From positions 16,334,438-16,398,437 of the forward strand of contig NC_068991.1 in NCBI RefSeq assembly GCF_001194135.2: 64,000 nt of DNA, given 5' to 3'. Positions 58,711-64,000 of this stretch are shown here, one piece after another. Within the stretch, counting starts at the first letter, position 1, and every line of letters begins with the position of its first letter. Under the pieces are notes generated by a model that searched no databases, had not been told where the DNA came from, and saw only the letters and a program-made list of their open reading frames with translations. The DNA is from Octopus bimaculoides (Eukaryota). A program made the translations under genes and the position numbers.

Positions 58711-59703
58711 TAGTGCACGACTTGTACTTATTTAATCAACGCCGAAATGATGAAAGGCTAAATCGACATCAGCGGAACTCAGGATGTAATGACAGAAGAA
58801 ATGCTGTTAAGCTTGATAACAATTCTGCCAGTTCGCCACCTTTAACCACCGTGAATAATCATGGAGAAATCAAAACGGTAAGTAGAATTTATATATGAAA
58901 AAAATAAATAAAATAAAACAGTGCCTACTTACAATTGAAAAGCTGCTGCAATTAAAAAGAATGCGGCATATGTAAAATATAGAGAACCGGGGAAATAGGT
59001 GAGCGTCCTCTTATATATCATATTGAGGAAAGGTAGCGTCAGTGACGTAGCAAATGAATTGATGATGAACAATAGGGCATAAAGGCAACCTGAAAAAAAT
59101 GAGAGAAGGAAAATAAAGTAGAAGGCACACATAATAGGTGTATGAGAGGAGATATGAGATAATTTTCTCGACTTAGAACTTTATGTATCGTTAATGGCCA
59201 AATGGATAAGAACATTGTTACTCTTTGGGGTTGTAGTCACATATACAATGAATAGGACATCTGATGATGATCAGAGATCAAATCAACTGAAACAGTGTCG
59301 TCGTCGTCGTCATCAATTAACGTCTGTTTTGCCATGCTGGCATGGGATGGACGGTGCGACCGAAAACAACGAGCCAAAGGGCTGTTCTGTGTTCCTATGC
59401 CTGCTTTGATATGGTTTCTACAACTGGATGCCTTTCCTAACGCCAATCACTTTACAAAGTGCACCGATTGTTTTTCGTGGTACCTTGAATGAGTAGGGTA
59501 CAGTATTGAAGGATGTGTTCAAATAAATATTGGAAATATTGCATTTCTAAAAGAGATTATTGTAGTGTTAACGTTTTGCTCAGATTAAGGCACAACGTAC
59601 AAATATTTAATGACGGATCTCCGTCAGCTTCGACAATGAGTATTTAGTCGTTTTTTTGTCAAATAAATACAACTGAGCATCCCACAGACATGTGTACCTT
59701 TAA

Positions 59704-59931
59704 CCCTTTAACTGCGAAATTAAATTTCATGGTTATTCCACTGAAAAAGACTAACCTTTCCCGCCCCAAATAGAATTGGAATTTTCTGCAAGTTACGTTG
59801 CTTCAATAAACTTGTTATATCCCAACAAAACATAGTTTAGTTTCAAATATGATATTTTTCAGCTAAACATAGATAGATATATAAAACTACTGTCCGCTGA
59901 GTGGCTAAGTCTGATTTCCGCAGTAAAAGGA
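59704..59931. mobile_element. piggyBac-like MITE, third family
   Basis: TTAA flanks; CCCTTTAACTGCG vs CGCAGTAAAAGGA. Confidence 0.6.
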
Positions 59932-60478
59932 TTAATATAAAGATAAAAAGGATTGCTAAGGCAGCAATCAGCATGACACAGTGTGTGGTAAGGTTGTACA
60001 TTTTGAATTTCAAGTATAATGCATCCGACAGCTTCCCTATGATCTCTGATCACTCAGTTTCACTCTCAAGATATGAGCGAATTGAGGTTACGGAAAAATA
60101 GCATTAGCCCTACGCAGTAGGATTGAAACTGGAGTCTCGTGATGGTAAAGAAAATTGCTTAACCAGTTGGCCAGACTGCGCATATTTGTGTGTGTGTGTG
60201 TGTGTGTGTTGCAGAACACTGATTGGGATATATTGGCTTCAAATTTTGGCACAAGGCCAGCAAGCTCAGGGGAGGTGCAAGTCGATTACATCATTCCTAG
60301 TACTCAACTGGTACGTATTTAATCGACCCCGAAAAGATAAAAGGTAAAGGCAAAGTAAGGATGAAAGGTGGAAATTTGAACACAGAACGTAAAAACGGAC
60401 GAAATGCCGCTAAGCATTTTGTCCGGCGTGCTAACGACTCTCCCAGCTTGCCACCTTTACTAATTTTGCAAGATTATA

Positions 60479-60700
60479 TGTTGTTGTTGTTGGCACTCCA
60501 TCGCTTACGACGTCGAGGGTTCCATTTGATCCAATCAACGGAACAGCCTGCTCGGGAAATTAACGTGCAAGCGGCTGAGCACTCCACACACACACGTGTA
60601 CTCTTAACGTAGTTCTCGGGGATATTCAGCGTGACACAGAGTGTGACAAGGCTGACCCTTTGAATTACAAGCACAACAGAAACAGGAAGTAAGAGTGGTG
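60479..60700 (-). mobile_element. SINE family A, 3' part (rest lost in N gap)
   Basis: Tail and body identical in layout to other A copies. Confidence 0.85.
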
Positions 60701-60701
60701 A

Positions 60702-61515
60702 NNNNNNNNNNNNNNNNNNNNNNNNNNNNNNNNNNNNNNNNNNNNNNNNNNNNNNNNNNNNNNNNNNNNNNNNNNNNNNNNNNNNNNNNNNNNNNNNNNN
60801 NNNNNNNNNNNNNNNNNNNNNNNNNNNNNNNNNNNNNNNNNNNNNNNNNNNNNNNNNNNNNNNNNNNNNNNNNNNNNNNNNNNNNNNNNNNNNNNNNNNN
60901 NNNNNNNNNNNNNNNNNNNNNNNNNNNNNNNNNNNNNNNNNNNNNNNNNNNNNNNNNNNNNNNNNNNNNNNNNNNNNNNNNNNNNNNNNNNNNNNNNNNN
61001 NNNNNNNNNNNNNNNNNNNNNNNNNNNNNNNNNNNNNNNNNNNNNNNNNNNNNNNNNNNNNNNNNNNNNNNNNNNNNNNNNNNNNNNNNNNNNNNNNNNN
61101 NNNNNNNNNNNNNNNNNNNNNNNNNNNNNNNNNNNNNNNNNNNNNNNNNNNNNNNNNNNNNNNNNNNNNNNNNNNNNNNNNNNNNNNNNNNNNNNNNNNN
61201 NNNNNNNNNNNNNNNNNNNNNNNNNNNNNNNNNNNNNNNNNNNNNNNNNNNNNNNNNNNNNNNNNNNNNNNNNNNNNNNNNNNNNNNNNNNNNNNNNNNN
61301 NNNNNNNNNNNNNNNNNNNNNNNNNNNNNNNNNNNNNNNNNNNNNNNNNNNNNNNNNNNNNNNNNNNNNNNNNNNNNNNNNNNNNNNNNNNNNNNNNNNN
61401 NNNNNNNNNNNNNNNNNNNNNNNNNNNNNNNNNNNNNNNNNNNNNNNNNNNNNNNNNNNNNNNNNNNNNNNNNNNNNNNNNNNNNNNNNNNNNNNNNNNN
61501 NNNNNNNNNNNNNNN
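60702..61515. other. Largest assembly gap (others: 4613-4622, 21256-21386, 27745-27978, 32761-32788, 37113-37289, 47061-47145)
   Basis: Runs of N. Confidence 0.99.
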
Positions 61516-61789
61516 GGAGAGAGAGAGAGAGAGAGAGAAAGAGAGATGTCAGAGGATTCAGTGGCTTCGTGAAAGAGTTTAATACAAAATTACATTTTAC
61601 CATGTAAGCGGACCTCAACAAGCAGAGACATCTCTTTGCCGATGAAATACATTACTGTGTAGACAACCACGTTGTTCACCAGAACTAGAAAGAAAGAGAG
61701 AACAATAATAAGAGCATGTGTGTGTTAGAGAGAGAGAGTGGGGAGAGATCTTGCCCAAAAGAAAGAGAGCTTTAATAAAAGAAAGCTTT

Positions 61790-62950
61790 ACTTAAAATTT
61801 TGCTCCCAAAAGTTCACACAACCAATGCTATACCCGCTCCACCGTTCCCAACATTTTTCCAGTTTGGGAAAGTGGTCTTCAAGTGACGTGTTTACAGAAT
61901 TAACGTGCAGATCTTGCGAATTTTCATAATTTCTTTCTAACGTCTGCAATTAGTGACTTTTCAGGCTGGTTCGCAACTTTGAGAACAGAAAACATCCGTA
62001 GGGGGCCAAATTTGGAGATAAGGGCGGATGGGGGAATGAGAGTCATTTCTTGCCTTGCTAAAACACGACGCACGTTAGTAGGGGCGCCGTCATGAGGGCA
62101 ACATCCAAGTTTTGTTTGTCCATGCTTCAGACCTCTTGCTTCGCACTACTTCTAAATCCCTTAGAATACCCAAGTAGAACCCTTTATTAGTCCGACCACT
62201 AATGATGGACGACGCCCTTCCAAGAAAAAGAAAAAAAAACATAACATCAATTTCACGTCTGAGGCGTGCAATATTTGGTTCTGGAAATGAGACCCAGCCC
62301 ATTGCGACGGTTATCTTGTTGTTTCGTCATCTCTTACGACACTTTTCAAAAGCTTTTCATCGATGTACGAACAACCAAACAGCTTTTAACTGGCTGTAAC
62401 TCAATCTTTTTTTCCTTTTTGTGCTCATATTTTGTAGCAACATAATGCATCTTTGATGTTTCTGCCAAAAACCATACGACTTTTACGGATGCCATTTTCC
62501 TTGGAAACTTCACACTCAAATGGCAATTTTCACGGGCCATAACAAGCACTTTCACAATATGATCAGCGTCCGTCGTTGTGAAGTTCGTGAAGATTTGGGA
62601 TCGTTTGTAGTAGATGTTCCTACCCATTTGGAATACCGCTTCCTTTCGTAACATTGCGCACGACTCAGATAATCTTCCTCACCAAGTTGTTACAACATAG
62701 AAAAGTATTCGCATAAATTTCACGCAGTTTAAAACAGAATTTGCCATCAACAGGTTGCTCTTCTGATCCCTTCATTTTTCAACTTGTTCACTTTATCAAA
62801 CGTCGATCGACGACTAACTGACATAAGCGTAATATGGCTACTATCAGGCTAATGTCAAGTTCCCCCATAGACAGCGCAGCAACCACAAAATCGCCGTACC
62901 CACGTTAGTTGATGTCCAGTTTATAAAGATCGGTTTCTTTTGAATAAACG
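61790..62950 (-). mobile_element. Highly degenerate mariner transposon (family distinct from 10254-11530)
   Basis: Minus-strand fragments ...NKGFYLGILRDLEVVRSKRSEAWTNKTWML, HGGAP, MTLIPPS; many stops and frameshifts. Confidence 0.7.
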
Positions 62951-63184
62951 TAAATGATTTAAACACCGGCGTGAAAATCAAAATGCCGATGCTTTTCACA
63001 CGAATTCTCTTATGATATTTTTTCTACACCAAGTTGCAGATACTTCCATGTCACCATCACAGTCAAAATGCAGTTAAACCAGTGATTGTCCTGTGGGAAA
63101 TCTGTAACTAACGACGCTATAGTTAAACAATTGCGGTAAAAATTATAAAAACAAATAAATAAATTTGCAAGTAACTCGCTGAAG

Positions 63185-63560
63185 TTCAAGAAAAGAATGT
63201 GTTGGAAAGAGACCAATCTTGAAGCACATCAACGTTGATAGAGTTCGGATTGGAGAGAACACTGTCTGCATACACTGTAATGGTGTGATATGACAAGAAA
63301 GTTTCCAAATTGAAGACTACCAAGTTCTCATGCCAGACATAGTTGAAGGTAGATTTACGTAAGAAGAATTGCAGCAATTAGAGAATAACTATATGCAAAT
63401 ATTTTAGGAACAATTAAGGGGACCAAAAGATGAGAATTAACTGAGCCAATTATTGTAGGGTCAATTTTATAAGTGTGGACAACATTGAAATTCATTGACT
63501 TGTAGTACTGAATGCTGGACCCCTCGATGAAAGTAACTGTGGTAGTTAAAAGCCCGAAAT
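63185..63560 (+). mobile_element. Possible LINE reverse-transcriptase N-terminal relic
   Basis: Plus frame ...DIVEGRFT*EELQQ...RGPKDE resembles the FTxEEL...KAxGxD region upstream of LINE RTs; many stops. Confidence 0.4.
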
Positions 63561-63862
63561 AGAGATGCAAACTTCATCTTATTAATCTTATAGAAATTGG
63601 ATTAGATGCCAATGATGCGGATTATTGTGTTTTTGTAAAGTTACAAAAGATTAAAAAAAAAACACTACGAATTTAAAAAAAGAACAACACTGCCAACGTG
63701 AGAAAGAAAGAAAAAAAAGAAACGAAAAAAGAAAAAAGACGAAACGAAAGAAAAAAGGAGAAAGCGAAGGAAATAAAGGAGTTTATACCTGCTTGATAAA
63801 AGAACATTCTCATTGTGAGAGAAAGAACAATACTGCTGACGAACCCGATTAGAAGACATCCA

Positions 63863-63915
63863 ATGATTATCGCATTACTACTTATTTGCTCCATTGTTGC
63901 CATGCTTGCGAAGAA
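63863..63915 (+). CDS. Candidate first coding exon of a neighbouring secreted-protein gene (MIIALLLICSIVAMLAK)
   Basis: ATG, hydrophobic signal-peptide-like run, perfect GTAAGT donor at 63916; no downstream exon available in the window. Confidence 0.3.
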
Positions 63916-64000
63916 GTAAGTGATGTAAAAGCTGAAAGTGAAAATACCTAAGTATATTCCGATCGTGGTGTTGTCGCAGGAGTTAAATGATTTGTTAATA

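Noticed and set aside
60665-61621. Long ORFs spanning N runs (also at 21.2, 27.6 and 37.0 kb)
   Set aside because: Artefacts of assembly gaps
63673-63903. Minus-strand hydrophobic ORF (MATMEQ...FYQAG) as exon 1 of a gene
   Set aside because: Its donor (gtataa) is weak and I found no in-frame downstream exon; the sequence below is a LINE-like and mariner relic

Overview
AT-rich animal genomic DNA. The repeat landscape (tRNA-headed SINEs with internal microsatellites, RTE-tailed SINEs, mariner relics, (CA)n/(TA)n/(AAT)n tracts) looks octopus-like; this is inference, not a database match. The only well-supported gene is a + strand lipase maturation factor 2 (LMF2). I traced it by hand through 15 exon positions from 6894 to a TAA at 52574-52576. 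All junctions are AG/GT and frame-consistent (1850 nt visible); the first coding exon was not found and probably lies upstream of the window. The main discovery is that one LMF2 exon position exists as three tandem, equal-length (116 nt), same-phase, open but highly diverged copies (26178-26293, 31583-31698, 37723-37838). This is the signature of a mutually exclusive exon cluster that would swap a 39-aa segment ending in the conserved YGLFRRMT motif. None of the three exons appears in the ORF track. Introns are dense with SINEs (some in head-to-tail arrays), MITEs, foldback hairpins, a full-length dead mariner and LINE/LTR relics. Downstream of LMF2 lie two degenerate tandem arrays and an orphan NRF1/ETS/YY1 motif cluster. 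There are seven N gaps. Repeat boundaries are approximate unless a TSD or TIR is quoted.
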